Shown here one piece after another: positions 1 through 9,783 of a stretch of 64,000 bases of DNA. The DNA lies in NCBI GenBank assembly GCA_963706885.1, contig CAVPNX010000023.1:14265-78264 (forward strand), read 5' to 3'. Position 1 is the first letter of the stretch, and each line of letters opens with the position of its first letter. Under the pieces are notes generated by a model. That model saw only the letters and a program-made list of their open reading frames with translations. It ran no database searches and had not been told where the DNA came from. The stretch comes from an uncultured Actinomycetes bacterium (GTDB lineage: Bacteria; Actinomycetota; Actinomycetes; S36-B12; CAIYMF01). The position numbers and the translations under genes are program-made.

Positions 1-306
1 CTCCCGGGCAAGGACTCGCTCCACTCCTGCGGCCGCCAGGGCGTAGAAGGGGTTGGTGAGGTCGCCGATCACGAAGCCCACCGTGCTGCTGCCGCGACCG
101 GTGCGCAGCTCCCGGGCCAGGACGTTCGGGCGGAACCGCAGGGTCGCCGCGGCCCGTTCCACCCGGGCGCGGGTCTCGGGGTCGACGTTGGCCCCGCCGG
201 ACAGTGCGCGGGACACCGTCTTGGTGCTCACCTCGGCCAGCCTCGCGACGTCGGCCAGCGTGGCGCGGCCGGCGGGCGGCAGCGACGCTCCCCCCCGCGT
301 GTCCAT
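1..306 (-). CDS. LacI-family transcriptional regulator, N-terminal part (3' end lies beyond the left window edge)
   Basis: Hand translation of the minus strand from ATG at 306-304 gives MDTRGGASLPPAGRATLADVARLAEVSTKTVSRALSGGANVDPETRARVERAAATLRFRPNVLARELR..., a LacI-type HTH. It is missing from the ORF track because no stop lies in the window. Divergent from the sugar ABC operon. Confidence 0.8.
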   Translation of the reverse strand, partial: MDTRGGASLPPAGRATLADVARLAEVSTKTVSRALSGGANVDPETRARVERAAATLRFRPNVLARELRTGRGSSTVGFVIGDLTNPFYALAAAGVERVLARE

Positions 307-382
307 CGATGTCACGAGAGGACTGTAGCGCGCCGCGGGGCCGGAGAGCGATTGCTGCGGCGGCCCGGCGCCACCAGCTTCA

Positions 383-415
383 TCGTTACCGACTCGTTAT
401 CTACCACGCTTGACA
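383..415 (+). promoter_or_regulatory. Candidate operator box TCGTTACCGACTCGTTATC (383-401) followed by -35-like TTGACA (410-415)
   Basis: A near-identical box TCGTTACCAAATCGTTATC recurs at 24121-24139 upstream of araB. Both sit in divergent sugar-gene intergenic regions and are followed by CGCTTGAC. Confidence 0.4.
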
Positions 416-510
416 ACGTGGGACATGGCCGCTTGGCTACGGAGTTGTGACATTCCTGCGACATGCCCGGCGTGGCGCTTTGACCCACGCCCCAGTAGTC
501 GTGACGATCC

Positions 511-2076
511 GTGATCATGGTGGTGCATGCAGTGAGTGAGGCGTCCCTCCTGGAGATGCGCAGCATCACCAAGGAGTTCCCCGGTGTGAAGGCCCTGTCG
601 GATGTCTCGCTGACGGTGGGGCGCCCGGAGATCCATTCGATCTGCGGCGAGAACGGCGCCGGCAAGTCGACCCTGATGAAGGTGCTGTCCGGGGTGTACC
701 CGTACGGCTCCTACGACGGCGACATCTACTACAAGGGCCAGCTCTGCAAGTTCCGCAACATCGGCGAGTCCGAGGCCGTCGGCATCGTCATCATCCACCA
801 GGAGCTCGCGCTGATCCCCGAGCTGTCGATCATGGAGAACATGTTCCTGGGCAATGAGCCGCGCCGGCTCGCCGGGACGGCCATCGACTGGACGACGGCA
901 CGCCGGCGCTGCATCGAGCTCATGGAGCGGGTCGGCCTCGACGAGCGCCCCGACACCCAGATCAAGAACATCGGCGTCGGCAAGCAGCAGCTCGTCGAGA
1001 TCGCCAAGGCCCTGAGCAAGGACGTCGAGCTGCTGATCCTCGACGAGCCAACCGCGGCGCTCAACGACAAGGACTCCCAGCACCTGCTCGGCCTGATGCA
1101 GGGCCTGAAGGACTCCGGCGTGAGCTGCATCATGATCTCGCACAAGCTCAACGAGATCGAGCAGATCTCGGACAAGATCACGATCATCCGCGACGGCAGG
1201 ACCATCGAGACCCTCGACGCCGAGGGGGCGAACGAGGACCGGATCATCAAGGGCATGGTCGGCCGTGAGATGAACAGCCGTTACCCGACCCGGGAGAAGC
1301 ACGTCGGAGACGTGTTCTTCGAGGTCCGTGACATCTGGGTCAAGCACCCGATCGCCGACGACCGCTACGTCTGCAAGGGCTCGAGCCTGAAGGTGCGCCA
1401 CGGTGAGGTGGTGGGGATCGCCGGGCTGATGGGCGCCGGGCGGACTGAGCTGGCGATGAGCATCTTCGGCCGCAGCTACGGCATCTGGGAGTCCGGCACG
1501 ATCATCAAGGACGGCCAGGAGATCGAGCTGCGCAGTGTCGGGGAGGCGATCAAGCACGGCGTGGCCTACGTCAGCGAGGACCGCAAGACCCTGGGCCTGA
1601 ACCTCCTCGACGACATCAAGACCGCCACCGTCCAGGCCAAGTGGAGCAAGGTGAGCACCAGCGGCGTGATCGACAAGCACAAGGTGTTCGTCGCCGCCGA
1701 GGACTACCGCAAGCGCCTGCGCACGAAGACCCCGTCGGTCAACGAGGGCGTGGACAAGCTCTCGGGCGGCAACCAGCAGAAGGTCGTGCTGAGCAAGTGG
1801 ATGTTCACCGACTCCGACCTGCTGATCCTCGACGAGCCCACCCGTGGGATCGACGTCGGCGCCAAGTACGAGATCTACGAGGTGATCTTCGAGCTGGCCC
1901 GGCAGGGCAAGGGGGTCATCGTCATCTCCTCCGAGCTGCCTGAGGTCATCGGCATCTCCGACCGCATCTACACGGTGTTCGAGGGTCAGGTCACGGCCGA
2001 CGTCCCCGTCGAGGAAGCAACCCAGGAATCGCTGATGAAGTCCATGACATCCGCACGAGTGAGGACCACCGCATGA
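511..2076 (+). CDS. Sugar (CUT2-type) ABC transporter ATP-binding protein, two fused ABC domains
   Basis: ORF track, 521 aa. Walker [10 protein letters not shown], signature LSGGNQQKV, second ABC domain. ATGA overlap with the downstream permease. Start may be ATG 517 or GTG 532 instead of GTG 511. Confidence 0.9.
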   Translation: MIMVVHAVSEASLLEMRSITKEFPGVKALSDVSLTVGRPEIHSICGENGAGKSTLMKVLSGVYPYGSYDGDIYYKGQLCKFRNIGESEAVGIVIIHQELALIPELSIMENMFLGNEPRRLAGTAIDWTTARRRCIELMERVGLDERPDTQIKNIGVGKQQLVEIAKALSKDVELLILDEPTAALNDKDSQHLLGLMQGLKDSGVSCIMISHKLNEIEQISDKITIIRDGRTIETLDAEGANEDRIIKGMVGREMNSRYPTREKHVGDVFFEVRDIWVKHPIADDRYVCKGSSLKVRHGEVVGIAGLMGAGRTELAMSIFGRSYGIWESGTIIKDGQEIELRSVGEAIKHGVAYVSEDRKTLGLNLLDDIKTATVQAKWSKVSTSGVIDKHKVFVAAEDYRKRLRTKTPSVNEGVDKLSGGNQQKVVLSKWMFTDSDLLILDEPTRGIDVGAKYEIYEVIFELARQGKGVIVISSELPEVIGISDRIYTVFEGQVTADVPVEEATQESLMKSMTSARVRTTA

Positions 2077-3365
2077 GCAAGATGAAGGAGTTCCGTCAGG
2101 GCGTCTTCGGCAACGCCGACGTGCGCCAGTACGGCATGGTCTTCAGCCTGGTCGCGATCATCGGGCTGTTCTTCGTCACCACCGATGGTGTGGTGCTCAG
2201 CTCGGTGAACCTGATCAACATCATCTCCCAGTACTCCTACATCCTGGTCCTGGCCATCGGCATGGTGATGGTGATCATCGCCGGGCACATCGACCTCTCG
2301 GTGGGCTCAGTGGCGGCCTTCGTCGGGATCGTCGTGGCCAAGTCGATGGCCGATTGGGGATTCGGCTGGCCCCTGGGGATCGTGGTGGGCCTGGTGGCCG
2401 GCATCCTCGTGGGTGTCTGGCAGGGATTCTGGGTGTCCCGGGTGATGGTCCCCGCGTTCATCGTGACCCTGGCCGGCATGCTCATCTTCCGCGGCCTCAA
2501 CCAGGTGATCGGCCAATCGAACACCGTGCCCGTGCCCGAGGGCTTCAAGGTGATCGGCCGTGGCTACCTCCCGCAGATCGGCCCCAATCTGATCCTGGCC
2601 GATGGCACGCGGGTCGTGAACAACCCGACGTTGTTCCTGGGCCTGGTGGCCGTGCTGGTCCTGGCGGTGTTCGAGTTCCGCAAGCGTGCGAAGGCCAAGT
2701 CCGTCGGTGACGATGTGGCCCCCCTGTGGACCGCCATCGTGAAGCTGCTCCTGCTCGGCCTGGTCATCATGTTCTTCGCGTTCAAGTTCGCCACGGGCAA
2801 CGAGGGCACCGGGTTCCCGGTCTCCGGCCTGATCCTGCTGGCCCTGGTCTTCATCTACTCGTTCATCATGGGCAACACGACCTTCGGCCGGCACATCTAC
2901 GCGGTGGGCGGCAACAAGCGCGCCGCGGCTCTGTCCGGCGTGAACGTCCCCCGGGTCAACTTCTTCGTGATGGCCAACATGTCGATGCTCGCTGCACTGG
3001 CCGGCATGATGTACATCGCCCGCGCCGGCGCGTCCGGCCCGCAGGATGGCGTCGGCTGGGAGCTCGACGCCATCGCCGCCGTGTTCATCGGAGGTGCGGC
3101 GGTCACCGGGGGTGTCGGCACGGTCGTCGGCTCCATGATCGGTGGCCTGGTCATGGCGTTCCTCAACAACGGGCTGTCGCTCATGGGTGTCGAGCAGTCC
3201 TGGGTCTCGGTCATCAAGGGCCTGGTCCTCCTGGCCGCCGTGGCCTTCGACCTGCTGAGCAAGCAGCAGGACCGTCCGCCGTTGTTCCCGAGCCTGAGCC
3301 GCAGGAGGCACAAGAAGGCGGAGCACACCGACGCCGAGCCGGCCTCCGTCCCCGCCGCGAACTAG
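2073..3365 (+). CDS. Sugar ABC transporter permease (GguB/XylH-like, about 10 TM)
   Basis: ORF track, 430 aa, polytopic. Conserved ...[22 protein letters not shown]... motif of CUT2 permeases. Paralog of 31118-32377. Confidence 0.9.
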   Translation: MSKMKEFRQGVFGNADVRQYGMVFSLVAIIGLFFVTTDGVVLSSVNLINIISQYSYILVLAIGMVMVIIAGHIDLSVGSVAAFVGIVVAKSMADWGFGWPLGIVVGLVAGILVGVWQGFWVSRVMVPAFIVTLAGMLIFRGLNQVIGQSNTVPVPEGFKVIGRGYLPQIGPNLILADGTRVVNNPTLFLGLVAVLVLAVFEFRKRAKAKSVGDDVAPLWTAIVKLLLLGLVIMFFAFKFATGNEGTGFPVSGLILLALVFIYSFIMGNTTFGRHIYAVGGNKRAAALSGVNVPRVNFFVMANMSMLAALAGMMYIARAGASGPQDGVGWELDAIAAVFIGGAAVTGGVGTVVGSMIGGLVMAFLNNGLSLMGVEQSWVSVIKGLVLLAAVAFDLLSKQQDRPPLFPSLSRRRHKKAEHTDAEPASVPAAN

Positions 3366-3431
3366 GCGGCCCCATCGCGCGGTTGCCGCGCCCCACAGAT
3401 CTCCACCCCAACCACGAAGGAGCAATTGGAT

Positions 3432-4568
3432 ATGAGGAAGTCACTGGTCGCGATCGCGGCCGCATGCAGCTCGCTGCTGATCCTGGGCGGCTGTTCCACG
3501 GAGTCGGAGACCGCCGAGCCGGCGGCCCCCGCGGCCAGCGGATCGGCTGCAGCCGCAGGTGGTCAGACCACCACGACCTGCGCCGCCGGCGACCGCATCG
3601 GCGTCTCGCTTCCCGCGCAGACCTCCGAGAACTGGACCTTGGCCAAGGAGGAGTTCGACGCTGGCCTGACCGCCGCCGGGTTCACCCCCGACGTGCAGTT
3701 CTCCGACGCCGCATCGGCTGCCGCCTCGCAGCAGACCAAGATCGACAACATGCTGACCCAGGGTTCCAAGGTCATCGTCATCGGCGCCGAGGACGGCAAG
3801 CAGCTGACCGGCCAGGTCAGCGCCGCTGAGGACGCTGGCGTCCCGGTCGTGGCCTACGACCGCCCGATCGATGCCGAGGGCACCGACTACTACATCGCGT
3901 TCGACAACTTCAAGGTCGGCCAGCTCCAGGGCACCGCCCTGCTCGAGGGTCTTGCCAAGCTCAAGGGTGAGGGCCCGTACAACATCGAGCTCTTCGCCGG
4001 TGCGGCCACCGACGCCAACGCGCCGGTGTTCTTCAACGGTGCCATGGACGTCCTGCAGCCGAAGATCGACGACGGCACCCTCGTGGTGACCTCGGGCCAG
4101 ACCACCTTCGACCAGGTCTCCACCGAGGGCTGGAAGAAGGAGAAGGCTCAGGAGCGCATGGAGAACCTGATCACCAGCAACTACAGCGATGGCACCGACC
4201 TGTCGGGCGTCCTCTCGCCGAACGACCAGCTGGCTGAGGGCATCCTCAACGCCGCCACCGCCGCCAAGCTGACCCCGGTCGTCACCGGTCAGGACTCCGA
4301 GGAGGTCGCGGTGACCCGCGTCGCCGCCGGTGAGCAGTACTCGACGATCTACAAGGACACCCGCAAGCTGGTGGCCGAGACCGTCGCGATGATCGAGAAG
4401 ATCTGCACCGGCGAGGTCTTCCCGACCACCGCCACCTTCACCTGGCCGGACAGTGGCCTGGAGATCCCGACGTACTACCTCGAGCCGCTGATCGTCACGG
4501 CTGAGAACGGCGAAGAGGTCTACGCCGACAACGAGACGCTGCTGGCTGCATTCAAGGCCGGTATGTGA
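3432..4568 (+). CDS. Sugar ABC transporter substrate-binding lipoprotein (ChvE-like)
   Basis: ORF track frame 3426-4568. ATG at 3432 lies 10 nt after GAAGGAG. Lipobox LILGGC; type-I periplasmic binding fold motifs (VVAYDRPI). Paralog of 28176-29303. Confidence 0.85.
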   Translation: MRKSLVAIAAACSSLLILGGCSTESETAEPAAPAASGSAAAAGGQTTTTCAAGDRIGVSLPAQTSENWTLAKEEFDAGLTAAGFTPDVQFSDAASAAASQQTKIDNMLTQGSKVIVIGAEDGKQLTGQVSAAEDAGVPVVAYDRPIDAEGTDYYIAFDNFKVGQLQGTALLEGLAKLKGEGPYNIELFAGAATDANAPVFFNGAMDVLQPKIDDGTLVVTSGQTTFDQVSTEGWKKEKAQERMENLITSNYSDGTDLSGVLSPNDQLAEGILNAATAAKLTPVVTGQDSEEVAVTRVAAGEQYSTIYKDTRKLVAETVAMIEKICTGEVFPTTATFTWPDSGLEIPTYYLEPLIVTAENGEEVYADNETLLAAFKAGM

Positions 4569-4632
4569 TCCACGGGTCATCCCTGATCGGGAGACGGGTC
4601 TTCTGATCCGCTGACCTGATCTGCACCACCCG

Positions 4633-4670
4633 CTGGGGTGGGGTCCTCCTCCGGGAGGGTCCCACCCCAG
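4633..4670 (+). terminator. GC-rich stem-loop after the SBP gene
   Basis: CTGGGGTGGG...CCCACCCCAG 10-bp perfect arms extendable to about 17 bp, 65 nt downstream of the stop. No U-tract, as is common in high-GC actinobacteria. Confidence 0.5.
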
Positions 4671-4740
4671 TAGCATTCCGGCCACCGGCACCGGCACCGG
4701 CGAGAGGTGCCGGCCACCGCACCGGCGAGAGGACACCGAC

Positions 4741-5238
4741 ATGACCCACGAGCCCAGCGCTGGTCCCTCGACGTCGGCCGCTGCGCTGGCCGAGAGCATC
4801 CGGGCCTACCGGGAGGCCACCGAGCTGTTCCTGGTCGTGGCCTCGGCACTGGCCGAGGACGACCTCGACCGGCAACCGCCCGAGCCCGACGGGTGGACGC
4901 CGCGGATGGTGATCCACCACGTCGCGGACTCCGAGACGAACTCGTACGTGCGCCTGCGCCGGCTGCTGGCCGAGCCCGCCGGCACGACCATCCAGGGCTA
5001 CGACGAGGCGCAGTGGGCCCGGGCGCTGCACTACGACCGTCCGGTGGCCCTGTCCCTGGCGGTGTTCCGGGCGGTGCGCGACTCCAGCGCGGAGCTGCTG
5101 GACCTGATCACGCCGGCCGACCTGGCCCGCGCCGGTGTCCACACCGACTCGGGGCCCTACACGTTGGCCGACTGGCTGGACACCTACGTGGCCCACGCCC
5201 GCGACCACGCCGAGCAGATCCGCGCAGCCCTCGGCTGA
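4741..5238 (+). CDS. DinB-family (DinB_2 / mycothiol-dependent-enzyme-like) protein
   Basis: ORF track, 165 aa. Four-helix DinB pattern with the metal histidines (MVIHHVADSE..., YVAHARDHAEQI). Confidence 0.8.
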   Translation: MTHEPSAGPSTSAAALAESIRAYREATELFLVVASALAEDDLDRQPPEPDGWTPRMVIHHVADSETNSYVRLRRLLAEPAGTTIQGYDEAQWARALHYDRPVALSLAVFRAVRDSSAELLDLITPADLARAGVHTDSGPYTLADWLDTYVAHARDHAEQIRAALG

Positions 5239-5261
5239 GGGGTTCGCAGCACCCAATCGCC

Positions 5262-6687
5262 CTACGAGCCGGCCGATTCGATCCGGCCGGCGAGCTCGGT
5301 GCCCGACGACGCGCGCCGCGCGTCGCCGAGCGTGTGGATCCCGCGCTCGCGCAGCAGCGGGATCATCCGGACCAGCACCTCCGCGGTGGCCAGCGCGTCG
5401 CCCAGGGCGGTGTGCCGGCCGATCACCTCCACGCCGAACCGCGCGCACACCCCGTCGAGCCCGTGGCGGGCGTCCGGGTCGGGATCGAGGACCGCGGAGA
5501 GCATCATCGTGTCGAGGCTCAACGGCTCGAGGGTGACCCCGGCCTCGGCGGCCGGTGGCCCGAGGAACCCGAGGTCGAAGGCCAGGTGGTGGCCGACCAG
5601 CACCGAGTCGGCGGCGTAGTCGGCGAAGTCCGCCAGGACGACGGCCCCAGTTGGTGCGTCGGCGACCAGCTCATCGCTGATGCCGTGGAACTTCGTCGAG
5701 GACTCGGGGATGTGCTTGCCGGGGTTCACGAGGGCATCGAACGTGTCATCGGCGCGCACGTGGGCCCCGTCGACCCGGACCGCGCCCAGGGCGATGAGGC
5801 GGTCACCGGCCTCCGAGTGCAGCCCCGTGGTCTCGCAGTCCAGCACCGTGAAGACGATCTGGTCCAGCGGCGTGGCCAACCACTCCTCACGCGTCACGGT
5901 CGGGCGGCTGGGCCGGGCGAGGTCGACCGAGATCCCGACCACCGGTCCGGCGGGTTCCTCGCCGGGCTCCCCGATGATCAGGACCATCCCGGGCTCGTCG
6001 GGACCGGTGATGCGCACCAGGCGGATCGGCGTGCCGGCGACGACGGCTGCCGGCCGCTCGCCGGCCAGGGCACGGCTCAGCAGCGGGGTCAGGTCCTCGG
6101 CGTCGAACACCCCGAAGATGCTGCGTCCCGGCGGCGATCCGCGAGCGGGAGACGAGCATGCGCCGGGCCGCTGGGTTCACCAGCAGGATCCGGCCGCTGT
6201 CGTCGACGACCCCGACCGGGACGTCGAGGCCGGTGAGCACGGCGAACAGGATGTCGCGCTCGCGGGTGAGCTCGGCATGGGCGCTGTCCAGCTGCTCGGT
6301 GAGCCGGTCCTCGGCGGTGGCGTGGCGCTCGGCCAGCACGTTCACGGCCCGTTGGACCGCGGTCGTCCCGGCGAGGCGGTGGGCCGGGTTGACCGTCGCG
6401 ATGATCTCGATGTCGGCCGCCTGCCGGGCGTCGGCGCGCTGCTCGGAGCGCCACGTGCTCCAGGCCACCCAGCCGATCCCCGCCACGAGGACGACGAGGC
6501 CCAGCGCGAGGATGAGCCACTGCGAGCCAAGGGAGTCGAGGAGCGCCCGTCGCGATTCCGGTGGGAGATCCGCCAGGACGACGGCGACCGTGAGCGCCGG
6601 CACGAGGGTGGCGATCGCGATGAGTGCCAGGACCCGCCATCTGGTCACTGATCCACCTCCGCAGCGGTCGGTCGGGGTCCCGGTCAC
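5262..6687 (-). pseudogene. Membrane-anchored PAS-domain / DEDDh 3'-5' exonuclease (DnaQ-like), reading frame broken near 6122-6129
   Basis: N-terminal frame 5887-6687 has 2 TM, a coiled coil and ...DDSGRILLVNPAARRMLV.... C-terminal frame 5262-6110 has LDCETTGL, HHLAFDLGFL, HTALGDALATAEV. Total length 1426 nt = 3n+1. Removing one base gives ...IAAGRSIFGVFDAEDL.... Confidence 0.7.
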
Positions 6688-7670
6688 AGGCCGGTCCGGA
6701 ACGTCACGGACGTGACCGACTGGGCGGCGCGCACCGCGCGGAAGGCCTCGCGCAGCGCCTGCTGGTCGGCCTCGGCCAGGTCGTCGACGGTGACCACGTC
6801 CGAGAGCGCGAGACCGGCGCGCACCTGGTCGACCTGAGCCACCAGGCGCAGCCGGGTGAGCACGTCGAAACCCTCAACAAGTCGGTCGACGAGCTCCTCG
6901 GAGAGCAGCCCTGCGGCGGCCGTGGCGGCCAGCCGCTCCCGCGTGCCGACCGCGCTCGACCGGGCGTCCAGCCCGTACAGGCGAGCCAGAAGGACCAGGG
7001 GTGCCAGGCCTGTGCGCTTGAGGTCGACCGGTCCGTGCGGCAGCCGGCCGAAGGTGTTCAGCGCCGGGGGGAACGACGTGGCGGCGACGGCCAGCCCGTG
7101 CAGCAGGCGCGGGGAGTCGGCCCCGCCGAGCAGGACGTCGACGGCGGGCGTGATGTCGAGGGTCCCGGCCACCTCGCGCAGGTCGAGGAAGACGTCGGTG
7201 TCCACGACGGCCTCGGGCGTCGGCGCCTCCACCCGGTGCCGGGCCGCCACGACCCAGTCAGCCAGGCTGACCGACCAGCGGTCGGCCATGTACCCGCCGT
7301 CGCAGGGTCGCATCCCGAACTCCGCCAGGCCGGCGATCACCTCGGCAGCCAGGTCGTCGGCGTAGCTGCTGGCGGCCGCGCGGTCGGTGTCCCAGATCAG
7401 GGCGTGGTCCTGGTCGCTGGCGCAGTGCAGCTCACCGCGGGCATGCGACCCGAGGGCGACCCACGCGAAGCGCCCCGGCGGTGGCCCGGCCTGGTGCACG
7501 AAGCCGTCGACGAGGTCGCGGGTTCGCTCATCGGCCGCGCGTGCCAGGGCGGCACCCAGGTCGGTCCCGGTGGGGGTTGCACCCGCCGGCAGCGCGAGCG
7601 CAACGGCCACCAGGTCGCTCACGGGCCCGACCCGTCCCGCATGTGGCTCGGAGGTGATCCGATCAGTCAT
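6684..7670 (-). CDS. DUF294-family putative nucleotidyltransferase (NTase plus substrate-binding domain; no cNMP/CBS modules)
   Basis: Starts MTDRITSEPH inside long ORF 6684-9278 (328 aa). Pol-beta NTase motif LGSHARGELHCASDQDHA. ATGA overlap with the symporter stop (7667-7670) and GTGA overlap with the next gene (6684-6687). Confidence 0.75.
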   Translation of the reverse strand: MTDRITSEPHAGRVGPVSDLVAVALALPAGATPTGTDLGAALARAADERTRDLVDGFVHQAGPPPGRFAWVALGSHARGELHCASDQDHALIWDTDRAAASSYADDLAAEVIAGLAEFGMRPCDGGYMADRWSVSLADWVVAARHRVEAPTPEAVVDTDVFLDLREVAGTLDITPAVDVLLGGADSPRLLHGLAVAATSFPPALNTFGRLPHGPVDLKRTGLAPLVLLARLYGLDARSSAVGTRERLAATAAAGLLSEELVDRLVEGFDVLTRLRLVAQVDQVRAGLALSDVVTVDDLAEADQQALREAFRAVRAAQSVTSVTFRTGL

Positions 7671-9409
7671 CGTTGTCCCCTCGCGGTCCAGGCCGGGTGC
7701 AGGTGGGCGGTCTCGGGCGTGTGCAGCCGGATCATCATCCGGTCCACGCCCGGGTGCAGGCGATGGCTGGTCGCCCGCGACACGAGCACCATGGTGGCCA
7801 GCGCCAGGGGCATCGCCCACGCGGCGGGCTGCGCGAGAAGGGCGTCGGGCCAGCCGGTGAGGTCGGGCATCGCGGTTGACAGCGCGATCGCGCCCACGGC
7901 CAGGACCCCGCCGAGGACGAGCCCGGCAGTGGCCCCGACGTCGGTGAGCCGCGGCCACCAGATCCCCAGCAGGAGCAGCGGGCAGAACGTCGCAGCGGCC
8001 ACGGTGAAGGCCAGTGCGACGGCCTGGGCGAGCGGCAGCGCGCTGGCAAGCAGGCTCAGCACGAACGGGGCGAGCACGGCCGCGACTGCGGCCACCCGGA
8101 ACGAGCGGATCGGGTCGTGCACCCAGCGACTGACCACGTCCTGCGACAGCACCCCGGCGACCGTGACGGTCAGGCCCGTGGCGGTGGCCAGGAACGCCGC
8201 GGCGGCACCGGCACACACCAGGGCGGTGAGTGCCATGCCGACGGTGCCGCCGACCAGCGCCTGGGGCAGCAGCAGGACGACCGCGTCCGTCTGCCCGGTC
8301 ATGAGCAGCGCCGGGGTGTAGATCCGCCCGAGCATCCCGAAGACCGACGGCGAGAGGTAGAACAGCCCCACCAGGCCGATGACGATCAGGGCGGTGCGCC
8401 GCGCCTGTCGGCCGTCGGGATTCGTGTAGAAGCGGACGAGCACGTGCGGCAGGCCCATGGTTCCCAGGAACAGCGCGATCATCAGGGCGTAGGTGCGGTA
8501 CATCGGGTGGGACTGCCCGCCCTGCAGCGGTTGCCCCCACGCCGTCCCAGCCGTCGCGGGGGTGGACTCCAGGTGCGGGACGGCCGCACCGGCGGGGAAC
8601 GTGATCGTGGTGCCCGCGTCGATGCTGTGCGTTCCCGGGTCCAGCTGCAGTTCGCCCGCCACGGGGACTGCGTCGATCGTCCCGTCGGCCCGGACGGCCA
8701 CCGGCTCGGTGACGGTGACGGTGATGTCCGTCCCGACCGACACCGTGGTGACCTCCGCGAACGTGGGGACCTCGTCGACCAGGGCGGAGGGTCGGCCGTC
8801 GAGCTGCCAGGCTGCGAGCAGGAAGAGCGCGGGCACCATGATCGCGACCAGCTTGAGCCAGTACTGGAAGCCCTGGACCATCGTGACGCTGCGCATCCCC
8901 CCGCCCACGATCACGACCAGGACCGTCAGCGCGACCAGGACGCCCCCGAGCCAGATGGGGGTGCCGAGCACGGTCTGCAGGGCACGGCCGGCCCCCTGCA
9001 GCTGGGGCACGACGTAGAGCCACCCGATCACCACGACCAGCACGCTGGCCGCCAGGCGGACGGTCGAGGAGCGCAGCCGTGCCTCGCAGAAGTCGGGCAG
9101 GGTGTAGGCGCCGGACCGGCGCAGGGGCGCGGCAACCAGGGCCAGCAGGAGCACGTAGCCCACGGCGTATCCCACCGGGAACCACACCGCGTCGGCCCCA
9201 CCGACCATGATCAGCCCGGCCACCCCGAGGAACGAGGCGGCTGAGAGGTACTCCCCGGAGATCGCCGAGGCGTTCCACCAGGCCGGCACCGAGCGGGCCG
9301 CGACGTAGAAGTCACCGGTCGTGCGGGCCACGCGCGAGCTGTAGCCGGCCAGGGCGATGGTCGCCACGACCGTGGCTGTCATGCCCGCGATGACCGCAGC
9401 GTCGTTCAT
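7667..9409 (-). CDS. Sodium:solute symporter (SSS) family transporter, ActP-related, with an enlarged extracytoplasmic loop
   Basis: Starts MNDAAVIAG (codon 182 of ORF 7667-9952), 580 aa. SSS motifs GDFYVAARSVPAWWNASAISGEYLSAASFLG and GLPHVLVRFYT. Confidence 0.85.
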   Translation of the reverse strand: MNDAAVIAGMTATVVATIALAGYSSRVARTTGDFYVAARSVPAWWNASAISGEYLSAASFLGVAGLIMVGGADAVWFPVGYAVGYVLLLALVAAPLRRSGAYTLPDFCEARLRSSTVRLAASVLVVVIGWLYVVPQLQGAGRALQTVLGTPIWLGGVLVALTVLVVIVGGGMRSVTMVQGFQYWLKLVAIMVPALFLLAAWQLDGRPSALVDEVPTFAEVTTVSVGTDITVTVTEPVAVRADGTIDAVPVAGELQLDPGTHSIDAGTTITFPAGAAVPHLESTPATAGTAWGQPLQGGQSHPMYRTYALMIALFLGTMGLPHVLVRFYTNPDGRQARRTALIVIGLVGLFYLSPSVFGMLGRIYTPALLMTGQTDAVVLLLPQALVGGTVGMALTALVCAGAAAAFLATATGLTVTVAGVLSQDVVSRWVHDPIRSFRVAAVAAVLAPFVLSLLASALPLAQAVALAFTVAAATFCPLLLLGIWWPRLTDVGATAGLVLGGVLAVGAIALSTAMPDLTGWPDALLAQPAAWAMPLALATMVLVSRATSHRLHPGVDRMMIRLHTPETAHLHPAWTARGQR

Positions 9410-9783
9410 CGGCCCTCCACCAGGTCGGTGAACTGCTCCTCGTTGCCCTCCGCGTGGCGGACGTACCACCAGCCGACCCCGAGGATCGCCGGGTACACCA
9501 GGAAGCCCAGGAGCAACCACCACAGCGGCAGCGGACCGACCTGCAGGGCGCGAACTCCGGGCACCAGGCCGAAGAGCAGGGGGAGGGCGGCCAGCGGCAC
9601 GACCACCAGGGCCACGGTCGACAGGCCCAGGAGCAGCTGGGTCCGGATCAGCGCCCGCACGTAGACCACGCCCACGCGGGTCTGCTGGTCGATGTCCTCG
9701 ACAGCTGAGCGGCGGGTGCGCCGGCGCACGTCGCGCCGTGGACCCGTGATCACCTCGCGTCGGGGGCGTTGGGTGGCGGTCAT
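9406..9783 (-). CDS. Small two-TM membrane protein (DUF485/DUF4212-like symporter accessory subunit)
   Basis: Starts MTATQRPRREV (codon 148 of ORF 9406-10224), 125 aa. Basic N-terminus then 2 hydrophobic helices. ATGA overlaps at both ends (9780-9783, 9406-9409). Confidence 0.6.
   Translation of the reverse strand: MTATQRPRREVITGPRRDVRRRTRRSAVEDIDQQTRVGVVYVRALIRTQLLLGLSTVALVVVPLAALPLLFGLVPGVRALQVGPLPLWWLLLGFLVYPAILGVGWWYVRHAEGNEEQFTDLVEGR

Noticed and set aside
4695-4732. A direct repeat, CACCGGCGAGAGG x2 (4695-4707 and 4720-4732), upstream of the DinB gene.
   Set aside because: It is short, and the second copy simply contains the DinB RBS (GAGAGG). It is probably a small local duplication without evidence of function.
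6684-9278. Apparent giant proteins from the ORF track: 6684-9278 (864 aa), 7667-9952 (761 aa), 58687-60879 (730 aa), 21910-25914 (1334 aa) and 11484-14468 (994 aa).
   Set aside because: Only the C-terminal parts are real genes (DUF294, symporter, dapD, araB, acs). The upstream parts are stop-free junk reading through neighbouring genes in a wrong frame. True starts were placed at internal ATG/GTG codons with RBS or stop-start overlaps.
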